Shown here in pieces: positions 45,742-54,226 of a DNA stretch of 64,000 nt. Source of the stretch: a virus. Taxonomy: Duplodnaviria > Heunggongvirae > Uroviricota > Caudoviricetes. The stretch lies in IMG/VR virus record IMGVR_UViG_3300025735_000005; one strand, given 5' to 3'. Under the pieces are notes generated by a model, which worked only from the letters and a program-made list of their open reading frames with translations, was not told the DNA's origin and made no database searches. A program made the position numbers and the translations under genes. Positions within the stretch are counted from its first letter, which is position 1. Each line of letters opens with the position of its first letter.

Positions 45742-46005
45742 TTATTTAGGTTTCTTCTGTGCAGCAAATGCTTGATTTAAACCTGCTCGGCATTCTTCAA
45801 TCATCTTTGCGCGGATGGCATCCTTGTCAGCGTCTACTGCTAAAATATCAACTGAAACACCTGCTTCAATCTTGACATTTTCAAAATTTCCAAGATTTAC
45901 TGTTCTACCAATGCTAAGCGACATTGATCTAATAGCAAATGCATCAGGCTTTTCTACTTCGAGCCATGGAATAGAGTCGTCTAAAGCTTCTGAAAGTGTG
46001 GACAT
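45742..46005 (-). CDS. hypothetical protein
   Basis: 87-aa ORF. Confidence 0.3.
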   Translation of the reverse strand: MSTLSEALDDSIPWLEVEKPDAFAIRSMSLSIGRTVNLGNFENVKIEAGVSVDILAVDADKDAIRAKMIEECRAGLNQAFAAQKKPK

Positions 46006-46012
46006 TGTACCC

Positions 46013-46831
46013 TCACTTATTTACAATAAGTGGCGTGCCCTGCTGAATAAACGTGCAGTTATTATCGCCGCAGACTTCTTTAAGTGTATCCAACTTCAGC
46101 TTTTCCATATATTGATCGCTGGTCAAACCAAGACCTTGCTGATATGCGCGATCAGCTGCCGCGCGCTTGGCTTCAGAGATCGCTCGCTGCTCTTCTGCAA
46201 GTACTTCCTGCTTCAATGTTTGTACCTTTTGCTGAGAAGCTGCAGTAGCAACACGCTGATCCTTAATGCTATCCGGCGGGTTAGCCTTACCAAGCGTAAA
46301 GCGAACCAAACGAACCGGGAACCGGTTAGCCTTCAAATACGCTTCAATCCGAGTGGATACGTTACTATCAATCTCAGCAGCTGCTGTAGTGGCGATCGCC
46401 GTCTCGTTCATACCATGCTTCTTGACTTCATCGCGAACATATGAGAGAACTTCACTGTAGATGTTATTCTCGTACCACTTTGGACCAAAACGCTTGACAA
46501 GATCAAGGGCGTCAGTGGTCTGGGTAACAAGCGTAGCGTCAAAATCAAGCGGTACGCCGTCAGAAGACATGAGATCATTGAATTCAATAGCATGCTGCTG
46601 TGGTTGCATATTCACAGCAACACCTTCCGTCGTTCTCCAGGTAAAACTGGTGCCTGGCCCTTTCAGCGTTTCTGAATAATAACCGCCGGAGCCAAACCAT
46701 GGCTTTGAAAGTAGTACGACTTCTTCGCCACGATCTGCGGTGACATAATGGGTACTCATACAACCAGTGACTAGGAGAAAGAAGGAGAGGACAGCGGCGG
46801 CGGCCAGCTTAACAATGATATTATTAGTCAT
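46013..46831 (-). CDS. lipoprotein with coiled-coil/SPFH-like C-terminal region
   Basis: Signal peptide with lipobox LLVTGC at N-terminus; C-terminal QQKVQTLKQEVLAEEQRAISEAKRAAADRA coiled coil. Confidence 0.4.
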   Translation of the reverse strand: MTNNIIVKLAAAAVLSFFLLVTGCMSTHYVTADRGEEVVLLSKPWFGSGGYYSETLKGPGTSFTWRTTEGVAVNMQPQQHAIEFNDLMSSDGVPLDFDATLVTQTTDALDLVKRFGPKWYENNIYSEVLSYVRDEVKKHGMNETAIATTAAAEIDSNVSTRIEAYLKANRFPVRLVRFTLGKANPPDSIKDQRVATAASQQKVQTLKQEVLAEEQRAISEAKRAAADRAYQQGLGLTSDQYMEKLKLDTLKEVCGDNNCTFIQQGTPLIVNK

Positions 46832-46837
46832 AAAACC

Positions 46838-47347
46838 TCAAAGCTTTGTGCGATTAACAACGGATTTTTCAAATCTATCAGTGGCTTGCATTACGTATGT
46901 AGTCTTTCCTGTTGCATTTGCCAAACGTTCGGCTTCTTTAAGAGCTTTAGAATATGAATTATGCCCAACTGATGGTGTACTACCGCCTATGACGTAGCAC
47001 ATCCAAAACTTGTCAAGTTCAATATTTGGTATATAATGAAATAACATTTTATCATGATCCATAAAGCTGACGGTAAGACCCGCCGCGCCCTTTGTGATAT
47101 TGATTGGCTCACCGATGTTAGGAAACTTCATGATAAGCTCTCGTGATACCCGAGTTGCTTCGTCATTAGATACGTAATCAGTCAGTTTATCAATTAAAGG
47201 ACTCATTATTGTTTCCTTATATAGTACATTAAAGATGCGATTGTTACAGCGTCTGTTTAAATCGTCTGCCAGATCATTCGCTTCTTTCATAGTTTTAACA
47301 GGGGCAGTTACAGTCTTAGTGATCGAGTTTTCTACATAATAAGGCAT
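46838..47347 (-). CDS. hypothetical protein
   Basis: 169-aa ORF. Confidence 0.3.
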   Translation of the reverse strand: MPYYVENSITKTVTAPVKTMKEANDLADDLNRRCNNRIFNVLYKETIMSPLIDKLTDYVSNDEATRVSRELIMKFPNIGEPINITKGAAGLTVSFMDHDKMLFHYIPNIELDKFWMCYVIGGSTPSVGHNSYSKALKEAERLANATGKTTYVMQATDRFEKSVVNRTKL

Positions 47348-47580
47348 TACATAGCATCCTTTTGTAAAAGTGCATCTACAACTACAAGACTGTTTACAAC
47401 AGCTGTCACAGCTTCTGGCGATGTAAACGCGATATAAAAATCTGGCATTGTAGAAGGCTGCATAACCTGCTGTACAACACCGTCATTATTGCGTTTCCAA
47501 AAACACAATGCAGGGCCTTCAGGCAGCTGCCCGACGCCTACGGTCCATGCGCCGTTTCCGGCGATGATCTTATCGTGCAT
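47347..47580 (-). CDS. hypothetical small protein
   Basis: 77-aa ORF. Confidence 0.3.
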   Translation of the reverse strand: MHDKIIAGNGAWTVGVGQLPEGPALCFWKRNNDGVVQQVMQPSTMPDFYIAFTSPEAVTAVVNSLVVVDALLQKDAM

Positions 47581-48064
47581 AAAAGAAAGCTACCTGCTGT
47601 ATGATAAGCGCGGCGCCTACTGCCCAAGTCAATGATCGCCAAAACTTTGTTTCGTTCTTTGGAATCATATCAATATCTGCATAATCCCGGATTATATGTT
47701 CCCCGGTGTCTACATCTTCAAAGCTGAGACCGATTCTAGCACGTTGGCTAGATGCACCCACCCAACTGACAAAATATTTATTGTCAATAAAAAAGTCAGA
47801 GCGTCGCTCATACATATCTTTATAATATGATGTATTCTCATTGCTCTTTTTAAGAGCAACACTCAATGTTTGTATAGCATCGTGATCCGCGGCTTTTCGT
47901 GTCTTATACGCGTCTGTGATGACACCGAGTTCACTGATAAGTTCTTCAATAAGCATCTCAGCCGTAAGAGATGAATTGACAACAGTATCATTTACAGCGA
48001 TACTATAGTATTTACCTTTCTTAATAATCTCTACCGTTGTGCCATTTCTTTCAAACTTAATCAA
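47570..48064 (-). CDS. hypothetical protein with C-terminal TM segment
   Basis: 164-aa ORF ending WAVGAALIIQQVAFFYAR. Confidence 0.3.
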   Translation of the reverse strand: MIKFERNGTTVEIIKKGKYYSIAVNDTVVNSSLTAEMLIEELISELGVITDAYKTRKAADHDAIQTLSVALKKSNENTSYYKDMYERRSDFFIDNKYFVSWVGASSQRARIGLSFEDVDTGEHIIRDYADIDMIPKNETKFWRSLTWAVGAALIIQQVAFFYAR

Positions 48065-48168
48065 TGGGACAGCCTCCTTGGATCTGGCGGATAATCACCT
48101 AGGATAAGCCCAAGTTTAACCTCGCCCATGCCATACGATTTTGCAAAATAATATTTTAGGGTATAATA

Positions 48169-48432
48169 CTACCGCCCCCGTTTAATAAAGGCATTTGCCT
48201 TCCTCTTTGACACAGCAAACCATTTTGTAGGCCTTTTATCTCTAAGAGCGGTTGCTAGCTCACCATCGCAGTAAGCAATAACAGCCATTTCGCTGGTATC
48301 GTTAGTGGAGACTAGCGCAATAGGAATTTCTTCTTTATTTTTTAAAACCTTTTTAGCTTCATCCTTACTTATTTCACGTCCATGATTCCTTAACCATTTT
48401 TCCTTCTCTGGAACCTCGACGTAGAAACTCAT
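48169..48432 (-). CDS. hypothetical small protein
   Basis: 87-aa ORF. Confidence 0.3.
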   Translation of the reverse strand: MSFYVEVPEKEKWLRNHGREISKDEAKKVLKNKEEIPIALVSTNDTSEMAVIAYCDGELATALRDKRPTKWFAVSKRKANAFIKRGR

Positions 48433-48441
48433 AGCAGACTC

Positions 48442-48831
48442 CTAAACGATTAGCAAGATAACACTAGACTCCTCTTTAAAGAATTCAGTGTCATTCTCAC
48501 ACAACACACACCCACAAGGTACCACTGGTTCCTTTGGATGTAGCTCTTGGTATAGTTTGTATTCGTGCGATGGCATTGGTACTACAGTTAGTGTTGACCC
48601 AATCATCGCCAAATCTCTCTGCAAGTCATCAACTGCAACCGCAACAGTCCAGCCAACAAAACAGTCGTATCGGCCTGATCCTCGAATTGAGTCGCGTACT
48701 CGCGAGACAACGAAGTCTGGACAACCGTAATCGCCGCAGACTTCGCCAATCTCGAAGTAGCGCTCCCTGGGAGCCCGTATGCTGATAGCTAGACCAGCCG
48801 GATAACCGTAGGGCTTAGGAAGCGCCAACAT
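48442..48831 (-). CDS. Cys-rich hypothetical protein
   Basis: 129-aa ORF with several Cys pairs. Confidence 0.3.
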   Translation of the reverse strand: MLALPKPYGYPAGLAISIRAPRERYFEIGEVCGDYGCPDFVVSRVRDSIRGSGRYDCFVGWTVAVAVDDLQRDLAMIGSTLTVVPMPSHEYKLYQELHPKEPVVPCGCVLCENDTEFFKEESSVILLIV

Positions 48832-49104
48832 TTATGCGTTTCCTTCGATAGTTTCGAGGGTTCTCTTAGAAATTGCTACCGGAACACATACCATAGCAAC
48901 CTCGCCTGCAGCAAGATCAACTGACAATGCCTCTGCAGATGCAGAAGCTCGATCGCCATGCAGCATAGACTGCCTCACCTCGCCAGCCGCATTGACAACA
49001 ACAGCAAGTACAGCAGTATGAATAGGACGAGCAGACATTTCAGAGTTCTCCTCTTTAGATAGAACAGCTTTACGGAATTCAGAATCGCCACGTAGAATAC
49101 GCAT
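48832..49104 (-). CDS. hypothetical small protein
   Basis: 90-aa ORF. Confidence 0.3.
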   Translation of the reverse strand: MRILRGDSEFRKAVLSKEENSEMSARPIHTAVLAVVVNAAGEVRQSMLHGDRASASAEALSVDLAAGEVAMVCVPVAISKRTLETIEGNA

Positions 49105-49145
49105 TGTAGGGTTCTCCTTTCATATAAGATACCCGAGATTGCGCA

Positions 49146-49445
49146 TTACAAAGCATTAGCCCAGGTGTAAGCCTGAATAGCCGATATAAGTCCAACTTTA
49201 AAACCCCTGTACTCTCCATTTTCGAAGAGTACAAGGGTGGGAGCTGCGCGAATATCTACTGCTTTTGCAACATCAGGATATTTCTCGATATCTACACTTG
49301 CTGTCGGTATGCCCTCTAGATTTTCTAATCGCATAAGCATTTCAACAGAAGGAAGCGCCCATTCAACCCAGAAAAGTACTAGAAGTTTACCTGTACATTC
49401 AAGCACATCTTTATTGAAATTTTCTGATGTTATCTCATTAGGCAT
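49146..49445 (-). CDS. thioredoxin-fold protein lacking the CGPC active site (redox-inactive thioredoxin homolog)
   Basis: Aligns along its length with E. coli TrxA (FNKDVLE..GKLLVLFWVEWALPSVEMLM vs [29 protein letters not shown]; ...APTLVLFENGE vs IPTLLLFKNGE) but CGPC is replaced by ALPS. Confidence 0.6.
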   Translation of the reverse strand: MPNEITSENFNKDVLECTGKLLVLFWVEWALPSVEMLMRLENLEGIPTASVDIEKYPDVAKAVDIRAAPTLVLFENGEYRGFKVGLISAIQAYTWANAL

Positions 49446-49728
49446 AGGCCTTCACCTTTTGTTTACGATCATTTTCGCGGATCTCCACCACGCTTTTGAC
49501 ATAATGCTTAAAGTGGATGCCTAGATGCGTCATTATATACACACCAGAGTCTCCATAGAGACCTGTGCATTCAATAAGACCTAGCTTTTCAGCAGCCTCA
49601 AATGCCTTCGCACTGGGCTTGTAAAGGCTCCAATGATTGTTGGTGAAGGCCCTGTGTGTAGGAGCCCCTTCGACGATCATCAGAACGCCCATGGACGCCG
49701 CTTCCAGCAGCTTTTCGTAACCAACCAT
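49438..49728 (-). CDS. hypothetical protein
   Basis: 96-aa ORF. Confidence 0.3.
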   Translation of the reverse strand: MVGYEKLLEAASMGVLMIVEGAPTHRAFTNNHWSLYKPSAKAFEAAEKLGLIECTGLYGDSGVYIMTHLGIHFKHYVKSVVEIRENDRKQKVKAYA

Positions 49729-49771
49729 TATATACTTCCTTTAAACAAAAGAATGTGGAGTCCGCATGCTG

Positions 49772-50083
49772 CTAATCGATTTCTACAGCAATACGCTCCT
49801 CAAGTGGAATTGATGTACTTTCATCGACAATAGCGGTGAAACGATTTTCATTGAAGTGATTTCTCGGAAAATTATCCATGGAGTCACGGCATCGCCTGAT
49901 ATACCCTTGGATATTCTTTTCAGAAAACACATCGACCAAAGCCTTAAGATCATCTGGCAACCCATGTTCTAGTATTTCTACCAAAACATCTGCTGCAATG
50001 TCTTCTGCAACATCAAAGGTCATACCTTTGGGCAAAAGTGTTGCAATATTTTCATTGGTCTTAATCACTTGTGACAATTGCAT
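49772..50083 (-). CDS. hypothetical protein
   Basis: 103-aa ORF. Confidence 0.3.
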   Translation of the reverse strand: MQLSQVIKTNENIATLLPKGMTFDVAEDIAADVLVEILEHGLPDDLKALVDVFSEKNIQGYIRRCRDSMDNFPRNHFNENRFTAIVDESTSIPLEERIAVEID

Positions 50084-50122
50084 TTCACCCTCCCAGATCG
50101 ATTGTAAATAGCATGAATCACA

Positions 50123-50473
50123 TTATATACTTTCCTCCCATGTAAATCCTCTTACTTTCGCCCAGTCCTGAATATCATTCCAGCAACCGATCATGAGCAT
50201 GAAGATTAGGTAAGCCTCATTATCGTCGCGCGCGTTTGCTGCAGCGGCTTCTTGCGTAGAAATGCGGTAAGTTCCGCAGTTCAGCGTAGACTCGATGCCA
50301 CAAACTACAATTTTTGCTTTTGCAGGTACATAGCTATCTTCTCGAAGCTTCATAGCTCTAAGTACACGTACAGCCAGATTATCGTAGTCTGAACCTAGGT
50401 TTTCTTGATCAGTGAAGCAAACCCTCGGAAGCGCCTGGTTGTCGTTTGATTGCTGCAAAGTCAACTGCCTCAT
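50123..50473 (-). CDS. hypothetical protein
   Basis: 116-aa ORF. Confidence 0.3.
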   Translation of the reverse strand: MRQLTLQQSNDNQALPRVCFTDQENLGSDYDNLAVRVLRAMKLREDSYVPAKAKIVVCGIESTLNCGTYRISTQEAAAANARDDNEAYLIFMLMIGCWNDIQDWAKVRGFTWEESI

Positions 50474-50660
50474 TACTGTAAGTATTAAAGGTTACCACGC
50501 GAGTGGTTTTGGGTGTATGATTGACTTTGGTCTCACTTGAGCGAAAAGAACGTGTAAGATTGTATTGATCGACACTAAATTCTACAATTTGGCCATTGAA
50601 CGCAACAGTTGCGTCAGGGTCCATATGTTCTAGTAGTCGAATCAGTTGATCTACTCGCAC
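50409..50660 (-). CDS. hypothetical small protein
   Basis: 83-aa ORF (overlaps previous; start uncertain). Confidence 0.25.
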   Translation of the reverse strand: MRVDQLIRLLEHMDPDATVAFNGQIVEFSVDQYNLTRSFRSSETKVNHTPKTTRVVTFNTYSNEAVDFAAIKRQPGASEGLLH

Positions 50661-50713
50661 GTGTTTCCAATCAATTTAAAAGGAGCAGGCCCGAAGGCCC
50701 ACTCCAGTGGTGA

Positions 50714-50938
50714 TTACAAAGTTTCCAAGACAGCCTTGAGACTAGTCTTCAGCGGATGATCAGCCGCCTTAAGGGCAGCTTCAACAACCGTCTTACGTTG
50801 CTCAGATGGCATCTCAACGCCAAGCAGCGCAACAGTCACCTGCTGAATATCTTCTACCTTATTTTCAGGATGCGCCTTGAAATGCGCCGTCATGATTTCG
50901 GTGGCGGTATCAGCAGCAGGTTCAAATTCAACAGCCAT
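50714..50938 (-). CDS. hypothetical small protein
   Basis: 74-aa ORF. Confidence 0.3.
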   Translation of the reverse strand: MAVEFEPAADTATEIMTAHFKAHPENKVEDIQQVTVALLGVEMPSEQRKTVVEAALKAADHPLKTSLKAVLETL

Positions 50939-51132
50939 TATTTTACTCCTTCGTAGATTGGTTCATCGCGCATAGGCAGCTTATCTTCAAAAGGTGCTAC
51001 ACGAAATGCGTCGTAGCCCGCATACCATTCAAGACCACGACTGGGCGGAGACTGGCGAATAGCGCCGCTAAAAGCAGCATTCCAGCCATACATAAAATCT
51101 GTGCTAAACGGCGGCTTATAGACCAAAGTCAA
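50938..51132 (-). CDS. hypothetical small protein
   Basis: 64-aa ORF. Confidence 0.25.
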   Translation of the reverse strand: MTLVYKPPFSTDFMYGWNAAFSGAIRQSPPSRGLEWYAGYDAFRVAPFEDKLPMRDEPIYEGVK

Positions 51133-51694
51133 TATCCTTAGCCGAAGTTACCTTCTTTACAGAAGGTGTTACAAAGTTGCCAGGTTTAACGGGTACAAAA
51201 ATATCGCTGAGATCAATTTTATTTTTACTTTCGATTGGCTTTAGATGCGGCAAGATCCAGTCAGGCACCTCAGTCAGCCAATGCTTACCTTGTATCTTCT
51301 CAGCAATATAGTACGCCCTGTAGCTGGCGACAGGATCTTTTTGTTTATACATATCTGGCATACAGAGTACCGGTGTTGTGATACTCTCGAAAGGCGATGG
51401 TTTTACAAACTCTTTCAAGTGCTCTAGAATATTTCTAGGCTTAAGAAATTTGAACTCGCGAGGGTTTGGATATCTGATGTCGAATTGTGCAAGCAATGCT
51501 GCCATGTGACATAGCAACCACCAAACATTCGCTTCAGATTCTTCTAACCATAAGGTGCATGGATGATTATCCACGCTCTTTGGTCTGCCTGACCATCCTT
51601 GTGCTTTTGGTGAACCATCAATAATAGGTGGCGGAGTGGGCAAATCACGTTTCTCAGCCCAAGCTGATAACATTTGAGAACATTCACTAATCAT
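51116..51694 (-). CDS. hypothetical protein
   Basis: 192-aa ORF. Confidence 0.3.
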   Translation of the reverse strand: MISECSQMLSAWAEKRDLPTPPPIIDGSPKAQGWSGRPKSVDNHPCTLWLEESEANVWWLLCHMAALLAQFDIRYPNPREFKFLKPRNILEHLKEFVKPSPFESITTPVLCMPDMYKQKDPVASYRAYYIAEKIQGKHWLTEVPDWILPHLKPIESKNKIDLSDIFVPVKPGNFVTPSVKKVTSAKDIDFGL

Positions 51695-51806
51695 CTTGAC
51701 AATATGCTGGTCGTGCTGGTAGCCGGCCCTGGCAAATGATGTAGAAAGAATATATTCACGTGTGTACGCCCTGCTTGAATCTCGCTTAGAGTGTACTCGG
51801 GTGTCA

Positions 51807-52007
51807 TTAAATTTTCAATACAAGCGGGCCTGGCTGCATTTCTTTAATTTTTGCAGCGACTGTTTTATAACTTTCATTAACTACAACAGCGTCTGAGCTA
51901 CCCAAATAGAGTATGGCATTAGTGCCGTTGCTTTGAAGTTTACGAAACTTTCTGAGATTGATCAGTATAGGACGCTGTGTATAGTAGTCAGTAAGTTCAA
52001 TATACAT
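51807..52007 (-). CDS. hypothetical small protein
   Basis: 66-aa ORF. Confidence 0.25.
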   Translation of the reverse strand: MYIELTDYYTQRPILINLRKFRKLQSNGTNAILYLGSSDAVVVNESYKTVAAKIKEMQPGPLVLKI

Positions 52008-52010
52008 AGA

Positions 52011-52691
52011 TCACCCTGGAAAAGAGGCACTGTTATTATGGTATTGCGACGAGTGCACAAAACCATTATCAGTATGGAAACCCCAATCTTTTTCTTTCTT
52101 GAAGGTTCCAAAAAGACTAACACAATCAGGAGATGTTTCTACAATAGCATGAACACTATCTGCTGAGCGAACAACAACATCGCCCACCTTTCGAATACGT
52201 GATGCGATTAGTTTATTTGTACCTGATTCATAGCAATGCTCACGGTAGTAACCGCGAACAACTAGTGTCATGTTTGCCCATGGATGACAATGAGGGTCGT
52301 CTTTATCACTACGATCATAACGATGTAGATACAGGTTTTCCAGTTCACTTGGAATAAAACCAAGGGTACCACCTAGAGTTTGCCACGCAGGGTCATCATA
52401 CACAGGTACAGCAGCTTTACGTGACAGCATCCAACGGCTAATATACGGTTCACTATGTCGCTTAATCAATTGATTAGGTTCACGTGATGCCATTACGTAT
52501 TCGCAACCCGCAGTGATAAGTTTCATCAATTCAGGAAGAATTGCGTTAGTAAACGATTGAAAGTCTTGCATTATTAGCCTTAACCATTTCTTTGATAGTT
52601 TCAACAGAACGCTTAAGTGGCGGCGGGAGGTCTTCGGGTGTGGGGTGCACGAAAGCAAGACGCACAGAAGGATTTTCTGCAAGAATTGCAT
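52011..52691 (-). CDS. hypothetical protein
   Basis: 226-aa ORF. Confidence 0.3.
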   Translation of the reverse strand: MQFLQKILLCVLLSCTPHPKTSRRHLSVLLKLSKKWLRLIMQDFQSFTNAILPELMKLITAGCEYVMASREPNQLIKRHSEPYISRWMLSRKAAVPVYDDPAWQTLGGTLGFIPSELENLYLHRYDRSDKDDPHCHPWANMTLVVRGYYREHCYESGTNKLIASRIRKVGDVVVRSADSVHAIVETSPDCVSLFGTFKKEKDWGFHTDNGFVHSSQYHNNSASFPG

Positions 52692-52818
52692 TACGAGCTC
52701 GTACTAGGATTTGAATTTCAGTACTGTAGAAGTAATTATCACCAGTATCGGCACCCAGCTTTTTACGAGCAGCCACAATCTTATCAGATATCTCTTGCAG
52801 TTCTTCAATAGCTGCCAT
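52546..52818 (-). CDS. hypothetical small protein
   Basis: 90-aa ORF first after terminator (overlaps next ORF in another frame). Confidence 0.3.
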   Translation of the reverse strand: MAAIEELQEISDKIVAARKKLGADTGDNYFYSTEIQILVRARNAILAENPSVRLAFVHPTPEDLPPPLKRSVETIKEMVKANNARLSIVY

Positions 52819-52827
52819 ACTCTATCT

Positions 52828-52858
52828 TTCACAAAATAAAACCTCCCCGAAGGGAGGT
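52828..52858 (-). terminator. rho-independent terminator (leftward): 7-bp stem ACCTCCC/CGAA/GGGAGGT followed by TTTTATTTTGTG
   Basis: Read directly: plus strand acaaaataaaacctccccgaagggaggt; sits just downstream of the 201-aa gene. Confidence 0.7.
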
Positions 52859-52986
52859 AACTGCATCAGGGCATGAATTTGGGGACCGGACAGACCTCGG
52901 CTTTCATCATTTAAGAGTTGTTAGCTACAACAACACCCCTGTTACAGTAGACAGTTTATTGACTTGTCTAGGTCTCACAAAGCCTC

Positions 52987-53592
52987 TTAGGCTTCGGCGC
53001 TCTCTGCTGCAGCAGCCTCACGGGCAGCCTTTTCAGCGGCCTGCTTAGCGCGGTATTCAGCTAGAGCATTGGTAGCATTCGGCGACACAGGGCGCGTGGG
53101 CTTCGCAGCCTTGTACGCTTCCGTAATCGCTTCACGGTTTTCGACGATATAAGCAGCGAGCTTTTCGTTCTCGCTCGCTTCCGTCAGAACGCGAACCATT
53201 TCAGCAGCCTTCGCAGCGTCGTCCATACGCTTCACAGCCGGCCAGCGGAAGCCTTCAAAGGCAACCACAAGGTTTTCAGCCATAAAAGGCATAGCCTTGG
53301 CAAAAGCCTTACCTTCAGGAGTTTCCAGGAATGCGGGAGCGGCTTCCACATCCTTTTCGATCTTCTTCAGTTCCGACTTGGTAACACGCTTGATGGTACC
53401 GACTTCGAAGGCACCTTCAACGGCTTCTTGGTTTTCCACAAGCCAATCGATAAGACGGTCAGCCTGTTCGCCCGTACCAACAGTGGCACGAAGGGCGTCT
53501 ACGATCTTGGGACGACGGACAAAGGCTTCAGCTTCAGCCTTGGTGTCGAAAAAGCGATCGCCAACCTTGAAAACCTGGGTGAGTTCGGTCAT
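52987..53592 (-). CDS. highly expressed Ala/Glu/Lys-rich 201-aa protein of unknown function (monocistronic unit)
   Basis: GC-rich codon usage like capsid/tail-tube genes; two internal similar segments (VENQEAVEGAFE / VENREAITEAYK); preceded by twin promoter motifs and followed by a terminator. Confidence 0.55.
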   Translation of the reverse strand: MTELTQVFKVGDRFFDTKAEAEAFVRRPKIVDALRATVGTGEQADRLIDWLVENQEAVEGAFEVGTIKRVTKSELKKIEKDVEAAPAFLETPEGKAFAKAMPFMAENLVVAFEGFRWPAVKRMDDAAKAAEMVRVLTEASENEKLAAYIVENREAITEAYKAAKPTRPVSPNATNALAEYRAKQAAEKAAREAAAAESAEA

Positions 53593-53643
53593 GTATAATT
53601 CCTTCTGTATAATGGCGTTCTGAAAAGGCTGAGTGCCCTTTCA

Positions 53644-53663
53644 GGGTTAATTTAACGGGTTGA
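53644..53663 (-). promoter_or_regulatory. conserved motif GGGTTAATTTAACGGGTTGA (copy 3 of 4)
   Basis: 52 nt upstream of the 201-aa gene ATG; flanked by CCCTTTCA. Confidence 0.5.
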
Positions 53664-53691
53664 TTATGCCCGGTCAACCGTCCCTTTTCAA

Positions 53692-53710
53692 GGGTTAATT
53701 TAACGGGTTA
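53692..53710 (-). promoter_or_regulatory. conserved motif GGGTTAATTTAACGGGTTA (copy 4 of 4), tandem with copy 3 (48 bp apart)
   Basis: Same core and same CCCTTTTCAA flank as copy 3. Confidence 0.5.
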
Positions 53711-53835
53711 AACCGGGCTGTTTGACGAAAGTGTCGTCAGAAGTGCCTGAAATTTGCACCTGGAGAGCCGCTGGAGACCGTTCGTCCGGCGCAGTAGATT
53801 CCCGTGCGCGCGGGTCGCCAGCAGCCCTGTCTACG

Positions 53836-54222
53836 TCAATCAACGCTAATGCACGCGGATTGTCCCTCCTTATTTTCTTGAATAAAGGTTGCCTGCAGAC
53901 GCCCAAGCAGCCCATTCTTAATCTGCAGCGAATAATGAATAACCTTACGTTCAGAACCCCATGCATCCGCCGGGAAGTGCTTTTGTACAAATTCCCAAAC
54001 AACAGCAACACGAGCATAATCCATTGGTTTTCTGAGGTTATAAAATGTTTCATCAAAGTCTCTGAACAAAATTCCTTTAACGTAGCTTTCAGGAATTTCG
54101 CCATGAGCAATATAACGCAGCAGATCAGAACGAGCGTCTTGTGGTATAACCAGCCCACCGTTTTCACTGGCAAACATACCAAGACGTTTCTTCCAAGCTA
54201 GTTCAAAGAGTGGGCTAATCAT
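53836..54222 (-). CDS. hypothetical protein
   Basis: 128-aa ORF; preferred over overlapping 53700..54182 frame which would run through the promoter motifs. Confidence 0.35.
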   Translation of the reverse strand: MISPLFELAWKKRLGMFASENGGLVIPQDARSDLLRYIAHGEIPESYVKGILFRDFDETFYNLRKPMDYARVAVVWEFVQKHFPADAWGSERKVIHYSLQIKNGLLGRLQATFIQENKEGQSACISVD

Positions 54223-54226
54223 ATTC

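Noticed and set aside
50673-50690. Small GGCC-CGAA-GGCC hairpin between two small ORFs
   Set aside because: Only a 4-bp GC stem with a weak downstream T-run on the minus strand; too weak to call a terminator with confidence.
17893-53710. Reading the repeated motif as a host sigma70 promoter or as a plus-strand element
   Set aside because: No -35/-10 spacing fits; all downstream genes are on the minus strand and each copy sits just upstream of a minus-strand gene start, so a leftward phage-RNAP promoter is the more economical reading.
53700-54182. 160-aa minus-strand ORF overlapping 53836..54222
   Set aside because: Alternative frame of the same region that would read through both promoter motif copies; the 128-aa frame gives a more protein-like sequence.
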